From Chiloscyllium plagiosum (Eukaryota), in NCBI RefSeq assembly GCF_004010195.1, contig NC_057713.1, positions 27,163,933-27,227,932 on the forward strand: 64,000 nt of DNA, read 5' to 3'. A program made the position numbers and the translations under genes. Positions 51,019-64,000 of this stretch are shown one piece after another. Numbering within the stretch: the first letter of the stretch is position 1; every line of letters starts with the position of its first letter. The notes under the pieces are model-generated. The model saw only the letters and a list, made by a program, of their open reading frames with translations, was not told the origin of the DNA and ran no database searches.

Positions 51019-53388
51019 GAAACAGTTGTCTAACTTCCATTGTGCTTTTTGTTACTTTTCCGACAAAACTTCTAGGCTTTTCTGGTTTTCCTGCATCTGG
51101 CTTTCTCCTAGCCCACCAACACTGTGATTTCCTTTGGCCCACTTTATTACAATGAAAGCATTGGAGCTTTTTAACTTCTTTGTCCACCTCAAGGGTTTCT
51201 GTTTTACCAAGTGGTAAGTTATCCTTATGATCTTCACTGAGATCTACTTTCCCTTTCTACATGAGGATTTCTCTTTGCTCTATGAGATGGAAAAACGAAA
51301 GTAATTGGGGAATTTCCCACACCGTTGACAATAAAAGCAGTACTGTGGTTCCTGGGATTGAGTGGATTTTACTGAAGGTTTATGCCATGTGGTTGCTCCA
51401 TTCACCAAATTGTTAAAAAGGGCAAGAAGTTTTAGTGGATAGCAGACTGTCAAAAGGCATTTGACAGCCTAAAAACAGTGTTAACCACTACCCCAGTGTT
51501 AGTCACCCCGGCTTGCACAAAGCCTTTCAAGTTGGCTATCAATGCCAGTGATGTGGGTGTCAGTGCGGTGCTTCTGCAGGACGATGACAAAGGGATATTT
51601 TTCCAGGAAGTTGAACGTTTATCAACAGAAATATTCAATGGTGGAGAAAGAGACTTTAAGCTTGGTGTTGGCATTACAACATTTCAGTGTTTATATTACC
51701 AGCAATGCATTTGAGATAACTGTATACACTGATCACAACCCATTGACATTTGTGGAAAAGTTTAAGGACAAAAATGCAAGACTGTTTAGATTGAGCTTGC
51801 AGACATTCAATTTGACAATGGTGCATGTGGCAGGTTGCGAAAATGTGATTGCCAATGCATTATCGAAACTCAATGAGATTTGCTGGTGTTCAGTGGCAAG
51901 TGTGCCATGGCCTGACTTTGCATGTGGCTGTGCGTGTTTGCATGTTTATAGTTAGTATAGTGTATCTCTGTGTTTGGACTACTAACCAGGTTTGTGAAGG
52001 GCTAAAAATGAAGCCATCTTTTGGTATTGATTGTTCTTTTTTGTTATGGAGGGGATGTTTCACAAAGCTAGTCTTTTTTTTTCAAAAAACTGTTCCTTGG
52101 CTCAAGAATACTCTGTCCTTGATTTTTTCAGAGGGGTATTAAACCAGGCCAGGCTCTGATCAGTCTGGTTTGGTACAGGGATGAAAAGGAATTTGAGAGG
52201 CCTTTTGTTTATATGTATACAGGTGAGACTTCAGGCCAAAGAGGTCATGTTTCAGAAGTGACCTGTAGAATGAAAGGGTTGTGGTCAGCTCTCGAGCTGA
52301 ACAGTTTAGTTCAGTCCAGAACTAGTTGGGAGTTCAACAGTGAGCTGTGTAGAAACAAACTCTTTCTCTCTTTCTCTCTCTCTACCCTTCCAACTTCAAC
52401 CTGTAAGCATGTGTTCCATTTGTACTGGTTTTTAAATGGGTTTGCTAATTGGGACTGTTGTCTATATGCGGAACAGCATAATTAAGTTGAGTTGGATAGG
52501 CTGAGTTCTGTAGGGGTTCTTTATTTTGTTTTGTTTGTGTTTCATTGTGTAATTTTATGAATAACGTTTTGTCTGTTTTAAAATTGAGCTGTCAACCTAG
52601 CTACCTCACTCCGGGTAATTTTCACTGTACACTCACCGAAACAAATTGCAAAGTTATGTCTGGGCTGCCTTCTTAAGAATGTTTTGAGTGGAATGGCCTA
52701 ATCCATAACATAATTCAATTCTCCCAGGCTGGTCAATCATTCTACTGTCCTGGGTCTACAATCTCTTGCACTCCCAAATTGTATTCCAATACTCAATTAC
52801 AGGCACAGCTCTAGATTCACCAAATTAGATTAGCTTATGGATTTTTTTACTAACAGATACATAGAGTAAATACTATTTATCAACTCATCAATGACCACTC
52901 TCAGCTACATGGAATTATTAGTGACACATAGCATCTTGAGCTGCCAGGGCTTTACAAGACCTGTCTTTAACACTTAACTGTCAACTATTTCCTAAATCCA
53001 CTTCCTGAGGTCTAAATACACAGAGGTGTCCAGTTGCTCTTGATTAGGGATGGTTCAGTTGGTTTCTCAGCATTGCAACTAAAAGCAGCAAGATGGTAAT
53101 GGAGTAAGGAGGCTGAGCCCAGGATTTATCCATTCCCATCAGCTTACTTCCACTTTTGTACCTTCTTTTTACTTTTGCTCATTTCCTTTTTCCTTTTTTC
53201 CTTGTCTTTCTTGTAAGCCTCTGGTTGCAGCAGCAGCAATGCCTGGGTGAGACAGACATCACTCCACCTTAGCCTAGGACTACAGCAAGCGAGGAAGAGC
53301 TCCTGGGCTGAGTCCCCCTGACTCGGACTCACAGGCTAAGTTGAGTCTCCAGGTCTGTAGCTTAGCCCGGGCACCTGGAGGAGAAATT

Positions 53389-54431
53389 AAATCAAATTAA
53401 TGAAGACCAATTATAATTTTCCAGTCTTCCATTCCAACTATATGCCAGAAATTTGATCTCAATCACTTCTCCATTCACCCATGGTAATGGTCTATTTTTA
53501 AATTAAAAATGTCTAGCCTTAGCCCGGCATGAAGTTCGCCAGATGTTAGTCTCCTGGTGAGGTGGTGTCCCTGTGTTGGTTTCCCAGCATGGCAGCCTTG
53601 TCCTGGTGTAGAGGTCTCATCCATGTGTGGAGGCCTCATCCACATGTGGAGATCTTCTTCATCTTTAGCGTTCAGGTATTCCAGCGGCCCAATGGGCAAT
53701 CTCGCCCAGGCGGGACAGTCTCAACCTGACGTGAAGGTCTTCTTCAGTGGAGGCTTCTGGCCTAGTACCAGTGGCCTGGTGTGATGGTCTCATCCCAGCT
53801 GCATCTTCAGGGTATCCCATCATTCCAAAAATGGCTTTCCCTGAGCCCAGGTGCCTTTAACTAAACTGTGATGAACTTTGATTTAATTTTACTTTTTTTT
53901 AATTATGTGTGAATTCTGTCATTGATGCAGCACTACAGTGGGGCGACTTATAAAACTTTCATTGCATTTTTCATGGAAAACAGCATGCGACAATAAATTT
54001 ATATTCCATTCTAGTCTATTCTAATATAGAATCAACATATTTTTGTCCATCTGACAGTCTCACTGACTTCCCTACAATCTAGGGCATTTGAATTCCTCTT
54101 CAGCGAGCCGTGAACTGTCCAGAGGGAACAATTGAAAATCTTACAATTATATCTAGGCAAAATTGCATGTAACTCCATGGAACAGCCAAATGTTACATCC
54201 ACTTGAAACTGAGCATTCTTTAAATGTTACAATCTTGCAGGTTTCTGCAGCACAAAAAAAATGTTAACAAATGAGGGATTAGTGGCATCCACCATCCAAC
54301 ATATTTACATTTTTAATTTAAAAATAAGGGGTTACCATGGGTGAATGGAGAAGTGGTTCAGGAGGAACTCTCTGGGATACAGCTGGTATAGAAGACTGGA
54401 AAATTATAATTGGTCTTCATTGATTTGATTT
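53389..54431. repeat. Inverted repeat pair with ~125-bp arms (53389-53512 and 54307-54431)
   Basis: AATGAAGACCAATTATAATTTTCCAGTCTTC and CACTTCTCCATTCACCCATGGTAA both have exact reverse complements in the right arm. Confidence 0.9.
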
Positions 54432-54547
54432 CAATGTATTCTTTCTGAGCTAATTGGCCACCCATTGTTTGAGGGCACGTATTCTACTGTACCCAATCCA
54501 CTTTCACAGGAATTGTCCAGAGACAGATGACTAATGGATCTGACATC

Positions 54548-54740
54548 GAGTCATAGAGTCATACAGCTCAGAAACAGACCCTTTGGTCCAGCCAGTTCAT
54601 GCCAAATATAATCCCAAACTAAACTAGTCCCACTTGCCTGCTACTGGCCCATGTCCCTCCAAACCTTTCCTATTCATGTACCTATCCAAACAACTTTGAA
54701 CATTGTAATTGTACTCACATCCACCACTTTCTTAGGAAGT
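54548..54740 (-). mobile_element. CR1 3' tail fragment
   Basis: GAGTCATAGAGTCATA tail; homologous to 9913-10100. Confidence 0.8.
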
Positions 54741-56205
54741 GTCAATAGCAAATGTAGTTTACATCTGAACCTGGATCAGGTGAGACATGAACGTTATACG
54801 GAGCACACAGTTTGCAGACACTATTTCCATGGGAGTAGAGAACGTTAATGGGATTCTCTAAAGGACTACTAAATGACAGCAAATTCTGTTCATGAAAGTT
54901 GATGACAAAACGTTGTTAATAATTTGAATTTGTCACCAGGGGAGTGAAAAATAATATTTCCATATCTGGAACTGTTTTGGAATGTTTTATCACAGAAAAT
55001 GTTTGAGAAAATACAATTGTATCTATTTTTCTGGAGCAGATAAACGTATCAAACTAAGCAATTTGGGAGTATAAGCTTCTGAGAGAGTTAGATCTTTTCA
55101 TCTAAAGTCTGAGTACTACAGTTGGCATTAATAGGTACATGTCAGGGATGGAAAAACAGCAGATGGGATGATTGCTCTTGATCATCAACCCAATGGAACC
55201 CAATGTTCTGGAAAGTACATTTATGTGAACAACAAGAAGAGATAAAATCCTTCAACCGTAACAGCAAAACAACAGGCTGGCATTATCACCATCTGAAAAA
55301 AAAAGTAAAATTAAATCTTATTATTTTCCCTTTCTATTTCTTCCAACACCAGGGGTGTTTCGATAGGCCCCAGTGTTTGAACTTGTTTACTGAATAAGAA
55401 AAACAGCACAAATTGACATGTTCAGAAAATGAAAACATGGAGATCAAATGGAAAATGAGACAAAGCTCTTCAGGTGTCACTATAGAAAAAGTGTCAGCCC
55501 TGACTCATTTCTGGGTCAGACCATTGTGGGCTCAAGTCCCACCTAAGCAACTAATTAAGTCTGACATGCCAGTGTAGTACAGCTATTGCACATCAAAGGA
55601 GACAGCTTTTAGTTAAGACATTAAACCATGCCCTTCCTGCCTCTCAGAACATGCTAGAGTCCTAATTGATGAAAATGTGGCAATTCTCTCATGATGTCTC
55701 AGGATTTAACCAAATCCTAAGACAGGTGATCTGGCTATTATCTCACTGCTGTTTGTAGGAGTTTGGTGTATGGAAGTTGGCATACAAATTAGTGCTCCCT
55801 GCTTTAAATTAGTGGTTACACTCCAAAAATGTTTCTAGGCTGCAAAGAACTTGAGGACGCCAGGGAGTTGTGAAAGATAGTCTATTGATGCAAGTCTTTC
55901 TTTCAAAGGGTATGAAGCCTCATATGCTCATAAAAAAAATATGAAAGGTTCACAAATTTGTATATCAAGAAATGCTGCAGTGACTACCATTGAAGACAAT
56001 GAGTAAAGGGCATTGGGTTGATCAATCAAAACTTTGCTACACTGAAGTGAAAGTGAAATAGATCATTCAATACATTGGGCTGATATCTAATGCAACCAGG
56101 AGCTCAATGCCAGTTAAACAAAGATGACTATGATGTGGAATTTCATATGATCCTGATGAAGAGGAGTGAAGAGAATTAATGATTCAGACTTGTCAAGTTT
56201 CCTTG

Positions 56206-56506
56206 ATTAGATTACTTTACAGAGTGGAAACAGGCCCTTCGGCCCAACAAGTCCACACCGACCCGCCGAAGCGCAAACCACCCATACCCCTACATTTACC
56301 CCTTTACCTAACACTACGGGCAATTTAGCATGGCCAATTCACCTGACCTGCACATCTTTGGACTGTGGGGGTAAACCGGAGCACCCGGAGGAAACCCATG
56401 CAGACACGGGGAGAATGTGCAAACTCCACACAGTCGGTCGCCTGAGGCGGGAATTGAACCCGGGTCTCTGGCGCTGTGAGGCAGCAGTGCTAACCACTGT
56501 GCCACC
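56206..56506 (-). mobile_element. HE1-like SINE, young
   Basis: Complete head, core and tail with CpGs retained. Confidence 0.92.
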
Positions 56507-57258
56507 CACAATAATAGTTGGAAATAACTTTCATATTCTAGAGTTATCAACTGAACTTAGATTCCACCAGCTGCCATGGTGGGATTTGAATCCTTGACTT
56601 CAAAGCATTTGCAGGGCCTCCGAAATCCTAGTCCAGTGAAGTTACCACTATGCCACCATCTCACTGTTGTATGTGACAGAAACAAAACTGCTAATTTCAT
56701 TGTAATTTGAAACTTACATCAATGGGTTTCTGGTCTGCCATACTGTATTAAATGTAAATCTTTTATGGAGATCTTTTAAATTCAGTCTAGATTACAATCT
56801 ACCTCACTCTTATCAACACAGCTTGATTAACTTCAATAGGATGTGTCAGCATCTTTTCAATAACAATGACTTGGAATCTACTTCAATTGTATGAATCCTG
56901 TCCTACATTATAACAGTAACTACACATCAAAATTATTTCATTGGCTGTAAGGTGCTTTGGGATTCCCTAAAATCATGAAAGGTGTTAAAATAAATCTTAG
57001 TCTTTCCTTTCTTTCCAATTATTAGTTTGCACACTGTTTTAGAAGTGTTGGTCTTTCAGATACTTTTGGCTGCTTTCCAGCAGCAAGTATATAAGTCGCT
57101 TGTCAAAATTATCTCAATTAAGTGAATTTAATTAGTTGGCTACAGGTTAATGGATGGAGTAGATTTTTCCTCTCAAATCCAACCCAAGCTTAGATGTGAT
57201 TTGAGGAGAGATTTCCTAAATATTTAGATGGAAGGTCTGACTAATCCACTCATACTGT

Positions 57259-57844
57259 TGTATGATGATGCTGTCACTTTAAATGGTTATTTTGTCCTTG
57301 TTTTTGTTTTGGAAGAGAGGTTGAAAATGCAGAGGGGCTGCTGCAGACTCAAGGGAGTTAAACAGTTTAACGATGGAAGGGGAGCAGCCAGTTCTCCCAG
57401 TCAGGTTTTTCTAGTTTTGTTTTAGCTGTAGCTGTCACAAGAGTCCAGAAGAGTTGCAGGCTTCAATAAAGTATTCCTCTGACTTTCTCTGAAATCTCTC
57501 TCTGGATATTATTCCCATCTGCCTGTAAAGATCTGTGTTTGAATTTACCTTTTTGCCAAGAAGTATGTTTATTGGATGTTACTGTATTGAAACAGTTAAT
57601 TAGTAATATTTACAGTATTGGGTCTGTTAAGTTTTCCAATAGTTAAGTTATTCTAAATTTCACTTTCTTTTGCTCATGTTTCAACTTTTGTGTTAAATAA
57701 ATTGTTTAGCTTAAAGCCAAGTGATTTGATGAGTTGCACCACACCTGGAACACCCACTTCGCATCTCCCTTTAAAATATGAAAATGTTAAATTCTATGCT
57801 GCCATCTTAAAATATTTTGAGGGGGCCTGGCCTGGTCCATAACA
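57259..57844 (+). repeat. Solo LTR
   Basis: Ends TTTTGAGGGGGCCTGGCCTGGTCCATAACA, like the LTR ending at 52710. AATAAA at ~57696. The start is approximate. Confidence 0.7.
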
Positions 57845-59232
57845 TTTACAAATAAGGTTTTTCTCCATTGGCTCACTGGAACTAACTTTTTAGCTGTTTC
57901 TTCCTCTACCTTACTACTAATGACATGACACAGAACTCTGGTCCCTGGGAGGACTTCTTATATTTATGCTCAACTTCAGAGGCAGCCATGTGGAGGCAAT
58001 GCAGGCCAGGGAAATTGACAATAGAAGTCCAGAATTTGGATGGAGTTTATGATGTGGCAGCTGCCTCTCTCAGCAGTTGGTCTCAGGCACCAACCCACTG
58101 AAAGCCCCTCAGCCTCAACCAAAGGCATCGATAAGAACCTTTCTTTTAATCTTCTTAGTACAATGATTCCATTCAGGTCTATTGCAGCATTTTCTCATAT
58201 TAGAAGCTGAATCTCCTCAATCAGACAATTGGGCTCTGTCTCAATAACAGAAATTGCTCTGGAAACTCATTGTGTAAGGCACAGCAAAATTGGTCACGTT
58301 TTGGACAGTTCACAAAGTCAATGGCAAATCTTTCCCTGTCAAGCTGTGCCCCATTCCTCTCATGCAGCCCGATAATATTATAAGTAGTGCTCCGTATTTA
58401 CATAAATGTGGAGAAAAGTATCCATTGACCCAAGTAAATGGTAGTTAATTATAGTCATTATAGTAAAGTACAGAAAATTACAGTAAAAGCAAACTCACTT
58501 AGGTTGGAGTTCAGTGCACATGTTAGAAGCATCTATCTTAATATGCTCCAAAAACTGACAACCCTAATCACATTTGGATAGCTTTGTGGAGACTCTGTGC
58601 CTTAGCCAAAATTCTAATCTCTGTTTCTGACAGATCTCAGCAAATAAGATAAACTCAAACTAGCGAGATTGTTTGAACTCTGTGCTAAGTTCAAACAGAC
58701 CTTATTTTTGATTTGTGGGACCCATTCCTTACATAGTGTGATTTATGTGTTATTTTTAGAACAGGTATGTCTGTAGTTAAAAGGTGGAATGGGTCTTCTG
58801 AACTGTCAAGCCTTCAAGTTATTTAAAACGTCTGCTTCTTAAACTTTAGAAAACATAAAGCCTCTGATTTAAAAAGAGTTACAGCTTGCATTTTAGTAGT
58901 TGATTGTTCACTAAGTTTGAGGGCTATCATTAATGTATTTTTCCTTATAATGGTATATTTGATACTTTTACAGCCTATCCTTAATACAGTGGTGAGGGAG
59001 AAAGATCTGGAAGTTTTTAGTTTAATTGACAAATCTAAGTGGCTATTAATAGATTAGCTGTCTTCAAAGTGGGGCTATGTATACAAATAATTATTTTTAT
59101 GGAGATTATTTCTTCAAGGGATTTAGGTATATTAAATGTTGTTTTTCCCTAACAATTCAGGTTTTTAAAAAAATAAATAAATCTGAAACAGCTACTTATA
59201 ACCTTATTTTCGATCATCATAGCATGATTCTT

Positions 59233-59826
59233 AGGATTTTGCATAGGAGTTGGGAGGTCACGTTGCAGTTGTACAGAATATTGGATAGGCCACTTTTGGA
59301 ATATTGCATTCAATTCTGGTCTCCCTGTTATAGGAAGGATGTTGTGAAACTTGAAAAGGTTCACAAAAGATTTACAAGGATGTTGCCAGAGTTAGATTGT
59401 TTAAGCTACAGGGAGAGGCTTAATAGGCTGGGGCTATTTTCCCTGGAGTGTCAGAGGCAGAGGGGTGACGTCATGAAGGTTTATAAAATCATGAGAGGCA
59501 TGGATCGGGTGAATAGCCAAGGTCTTTTCCCCAAACTAGAAGGCATTGGTTTAAGGTGAGAGGGAAAAGATTTAAAAGGGGCCTAAGCGATTATTTGTTC
59601 ACGCAAATGGTGGTGCATTTATGGAATGAGCAGCCAGAGGAAATGGCAGGGGATTGTACAATTACAACATTTAAAAGGCATCAGGATGGCTAAATGAAAA
59701 GGAAGGGTGTAGACGGATATGAGCCAAATGCTGGCAAATGGGATTAGCTTAATTTAGGAGAGTCTGGTTGGCATGGACAAGTTGGACTGTTTCTGTGCTG
59801 TACACCTCGATGATTCTATGACTCTA
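59233..59826 (+). mobile_element. CR1 3' fragment
   Basis: LYRILDRPLLEYCIQFWSPCYRKDVVKLEKVHKRFTRMLP and a CTATGACTCTA tail. Confidence 0.9.
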
Positions 59827-60114
59827 CATGCCAAGGTGATACTGAGTGAAATGACATGGAGAATGTAACAGCAATGGGTAGTGGGTAGGATTAGAATAAG
59901 TTTTCAGTAAGCTGCTTAGGGGCTATAGAGGCCATGAGGTGGATAGAGGGATACAGTTTAACATGGGGTTGTGAGGGGCCATGGGGAGGTAACTAGAAGG
60001 ACATATGTCAGCACGGGAGATATGAGGAGACATTGTGAATGGTGCAGGGGCATATTTTGGCATGGGAAGGGGGGGGCGTTCTATTGTTTGACTCTTGAAT
60101 GACCAAAAGAAGTT

Positions 60115-60367
60115 TATCTTTGTGACCTTGGTTAGGCCACATTTGGAGTACTGTGTGCAGTTCTGGTTGCCTCACTTTAGGAAAGATGTGGAAGCTTTGG
60201 AAAATTTACCNNNNNNNNNNNNNNNNNNNNNNNNNNNNNNNNNNNNNNNNNNNNNNAAGCGTCAATTGGATAGGTACATGGATGGGTGCTTAAGCTAGGA
60301 CAAATGTTCGGCACAACATCGTAGGCCGAAGGGCCTGTTCTGTGCTGTATTGTTCTATGTTCTATGT
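60115..60367 (+). mobile_element. CR1 fragments spanning an N gap
   Basis: LVRPHLEYCVQFWLPHFRKDVEALE and a (TTCTATG)n tail. Confidence 0.8.
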
Positions 60368-61470
60368 TATATCTCCAATATACTACCTAAAAAAAATCTT
60401 CTAGTCTCCCATTTCCTGCCTCCAGGTCTAGTTCTTTATTTATTTCCATTGTTTGAAATGCCTTGGGAAGTTTTCATTTTAGTTTGCTGTTGTACAAAGT
60501 TGTTACTGTGACAACTATTAATCGCTCCTCATATGAAGTCCTCTTGTCCTGTACCCATGCATTAATTTCAGATTGTAATTTAATTTCACCAGTTTTATTA
60601 CATTCCACCAAAAGATCTTCTCATTTGTCTCATTCCAAGATCAAGGGTCCAAATATTTCCATGTTTCCGTTATTCAACAGTTTTCTCTCTGCCCTTGCAG
60701 ATTTCACTTCAACAATCAGCCATGTGTTTTTTTTTACATTGATTCCAGAGTTTGGCATGTTTATTAACAAAACTAACTGACATACTGACTAGACTAGCCC
60801 AGCGATAGCATTTTTTGCAGCTGGAGAAAGTTATTATTTTGCTCTATGCTGGATAATTATTAACTAGTTATATCGCCTCTGAATGGATTCAAGTCTCTCT
60901 ATAGGGGCTGCATGAAAAAAATCAAGCCTGAATTTCTAAAGCAGTACTGAAGGAGTGCCACACTGTACGTGTCCTGTCGGATTGATATGAAAGATCCCAT
61001 GACATGATTATAATGAAAGGAGGAGAGATCCATCCAAAGTCCTAGTCAACATTTCTAACTCAACCAATACCAAAAACAGATGATCACTTTGCTGTTTGCG
61101 GGACTTTCCAGGGGGGACGTTAGCTGCCACTTTTCCGATATTGCAGTAGCGATTACGTTTCAAACGTTCTTCATTGGCTGTAAAACACTTCGCAACATCC
61201 TGAGATCTCGAATATCATGCCCAGGATATTTTGCAAATAAGACCATAAGTAACAGGAACGGAAGTAGACAAGTGATGATGGTGGTCTTGTCTGGGACTTT
61301 CTGTAATTTCTGATTCTGTCGGTATGACGGCATCATTTAAACAGCTGTCCCAATTTTGGGACAGATGTTGGAAAGAAGCACTTTACACAGCTGACATGTC
61401 TAATTATACAATCGCTATTTCTGATGCCTGGGTTGATGCCAACTTCTCAATAGAATCTTGCTTACCTATA

Positions 61471-61737
61471 ATTACAACATTTAAAAGGCATCAGGATGGC
61501 TATATAAAAAGGAAGGGTGTAGACGGATATGAGCCAAATGCTGGCAAATGGGATTAGATTAATTTAGGAGAGTCTGGTTGGCATGGACAAGTTGGACTGT
61601 TTCTGTGCTGTATACCTCGATGATTCTATGACTCTACATGCCAAGGTGATACTGAGTGAAATGACATGGAGAGTGTAACAGCAATGGGTAGTGGGTAGGA
61701 TTAGAATAAGTTTTCAGTAAGCTGCATAGGGGCTATA
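61471..61737 (+). repeat. 267-bp direct copy of 59661-59927
   Basis: Six substitutions by my count and no indels. Includes the CR1 tail plus ~100 bp of downstream flank. Confidence 0.95.
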
Positions 61738-62649
61738 ATTCCTGGCAAGTTATTCATGTCTTCATCTGTGAGAAAGAACTAGAGTATTGTTTAGTTGTCC
61801 TGTTTTTTAATTAAGTTCCCCAAGTTAGCACAGCCCGCTCATACACCAAGCTTTTCGAACTTCCTTTGTTTAGATTTAGGATCCTAGCTTTAGATTGGGC
61901 TACTTCACTTTCTATCCCAATGAAGAATTCCATTTTGATATGGCCACTCATCCCGAAAGGACTTTTCACAACAAGATCATTAATGGGATCCCTTCTCATT
62001 GCAGTGTCCTCAATCTAGGATTTGAGAATAAATTTTGGTAAGCTAAATTCACCAATCATAATTTCTGCAAACTAAAATAAAATTACCCCTTTCTCGTTTA
62101 GAGACATTAAAGCCACATATGACAAATCTAATACTTCTAGAGACTGGATCAGCTAAATTGGCACATAACAGTAATCTAGCCTGTATATCGTGAGCTGTCT
62201 CTGCACACAAAGCTAATCGGCTTCTGCTTTTATCTTTGCCATTTGACTTCCACCTTTCTTCAAGTTGCAGATTTATAGATCTTTGCACAATCCAAATACA
62301 AAAGCTGGCTCATAGTATCCTCACATAAACCCCCATCACAGTTATTGTTTGCCTTTATTCCCTTCTGCTACCCTGCTATGAAAGAGAAGTCAATAACCCT
62401 ATAAAACTGATGTAATTGCACAACAGAAGCAGAGCAAAACTAATCTTTAACATTGATGTACATGAGCAGGGATTTTATGTAGTCTATTACCAGAGGACAT
62501 GGAGGCATACTTTTATATCTTGCACATTGACCTTAAAAATATTACACTGTAGTTAAGGATGCAATTTATCACATAGATTGACTAATTAACTACCTTCAGA
62601 GCAGTTCCACGTTAAGGGAGCCTCATTTCATCTTGCTCAAACTGCCGTT

Positions 62650-63243
62650 TGGGATAATTCTATGGCTTTAAAAGGTATGTTTTGTCCATTTTTTTATGAA
62701 GAGAGGTTGAGACAGAGGTGCAGAGCTGTCTGCTTCAAACCAATAAACAGCTTTTGAGGTCTTGGGATATTTTTAAAAATTGGAACAGTAGAAGCAGCCT
62801 GAATGAGTAGGTTCAAGCTGCCACAGAACCAGGATTTTAGTTTAGCTTTCAGCAGCTGTTGGACTTGTGAAAGGTGCGACATCTCTTTCTCTCTGTTACA
62901 GCTAAAAGTTTGGGTTTTCTTCCTGCTGTCAGAATTTCATGTAAGATAATCAGTTATACTGAATATGCCTTTGCAAGGGAGGATGTTACTATATTGGAAC
63001 AGTTGCTGTTAACAGTTAAATAATCTATCCTTGTGTTATGTTTTCCAATAGAGTTAAGTTATTTCAGTCCTTTCTTTGGCTTGTAATTCAACCTTAATGT
63101 CTGAATAAAGTGTAGTTTCCCTCAAGTTTGGTATTTTGAATAAGCAAATTGAATTCAAACACACTTGCTATTAAAATAAGGAAAAGTTAGGGTCTAGCTT
63201 TCTCCTTGATATGTTTTGAGGGGGTTTGACCTGAAACATAACA
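62650..63243 (+). repeat. Solo LTR related to 57259-57844
   Basis: Shares TTTTGTCC, GGATGTTACT, TTTTCCAATAG and AATAAA, and ends TTTTGAGGGGGTTTGACCTGAAACATAACA. Confidence 0.7.
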
Positions 63244-63444
63244 CTTTGGAGGAGGTGAGGAGGTGTGCTGATGTACTAAGTGGACAGAAATACCCTTTTA
63301 TCCTGTTCTCCTCAGACTTTAGTTTTCATTGTTCCTTGTTCCTTACCTGCTTTTATATTCCACCCATCACCCTCTGAAACTGCTGGGATCTGAATGCCAA
63401 AATTAGGATATTATGTGGCAATCAGAGTGGTTCTTCACAAACTG

Positions 63445-63580
63445 AAATAAAACAAAGAATTGCAGATTTTGGAGATCTAAAACAAAAACAGAAATTGCTG
63501 AAGAAACTCAGCAGGTTTGGCAGCATCTATGGGAAGAAAGCAGGGTTAATGTTTCAAGTCCAGTGACTCTTCTTCAGAAT
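63445..63580 (-). mobile_element. Penelope terminal-repeat fragment with a hammerhead-like core
   Basis: Minus strand reads CTGAAGA-A-GAGTC-actg-GACTT-GAAA-CATT; homologous to 28545-28680. Confidence 0.8.
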
Positions 63581-64000
63581 AGATTTCAATGATCATTTTT
63601 AATATTGGAGTGCCCTAAATTGCAAAGTGTCACAGTGATGACCATTCTATTCTGTTTCCGTCAGTCCTAACTTTGGAAGGGCCCATTTCATGTGTCACAT
63701 CCTTACTCATATTAACCTTACTGTGGCCTGTTGTGTGAAATTGCCAACTTAGGTGCAGTTTTGCACTCTGTGCTAAAGTCATAAATAAGGTCACCAAGCT
63801 TCAGTTCATATCAGATCCTTACAGAAAGAAGAGATATGTATTTCTGGCTTTGATTTGACCAGAAGACACTGAAGTGAAAAAATAGCTCTAAATCATACAC
63901 TATACAGCATTCCTACATAATCCTTCTTTTAAAAACTAAACTATCACATTGATGTAATTCTCTAGATAAAGATCTTAAGGTTTGAAGTGCTTTACTGGCT

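Larger units (their letters stand above)
45616..52710 (+). mobile_element. Gypsy-superfamily element, probably Gmr1-type, with inverted and deleted interior and nested LINEs
   Basis: Partial 5' LTR 45616-45945 matches 3' LTR 52057-52710 (ends CCATAACA; purine tract GGAGGGGA). RT-connection/RNase H on + at 51290-51880. Protease (ILRDTESSQS) on - at 45945-46360 and zinc knuckle (CFHCNKVGQRKSQC) on - at 51025-51290. Confidence 0.8.

Overview
Repeat-dense vertebrate DNA. The V-SINE/HE1-type SINEs, CR1 LINEs and Penelope-like families suggest a cartilaginous fish (inference). No host protein-coding gene can be confidently identified. The window contains: (1) a degenerate endogenous retrovirus (ERV, ~3034-14331) with paired LTRs, a 66-bp tandem array in its leader, partial gag, no recognisable protease/RT, an integrase fragment and a gamma-type env split by a CR1; (2) several CR1 LINEs, two showing the zinc-finger plus SGNH-esterase ORF1; (3) a decayed Penelope-like element plus many short Penelope-derived inserts carrying minimal hammerhead ribozyme motifs, including a near-perfect 92-bp-arm hairpin with a hammerhead on each strand; (4) a decayed Ty3/Gypsy element and a probable Gmr1-type element with an internal inversion; (5) SINEs and solo LTRs; (6) several apparent locally templated insertions; (7) weak candidate minus-strand exons and conserved non-coding elements. 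Assembly gaps lie at 4451-4606, 48169-48899 and 60211-60256. Everything was read by eye, so boundaries of old repeats are approximate.
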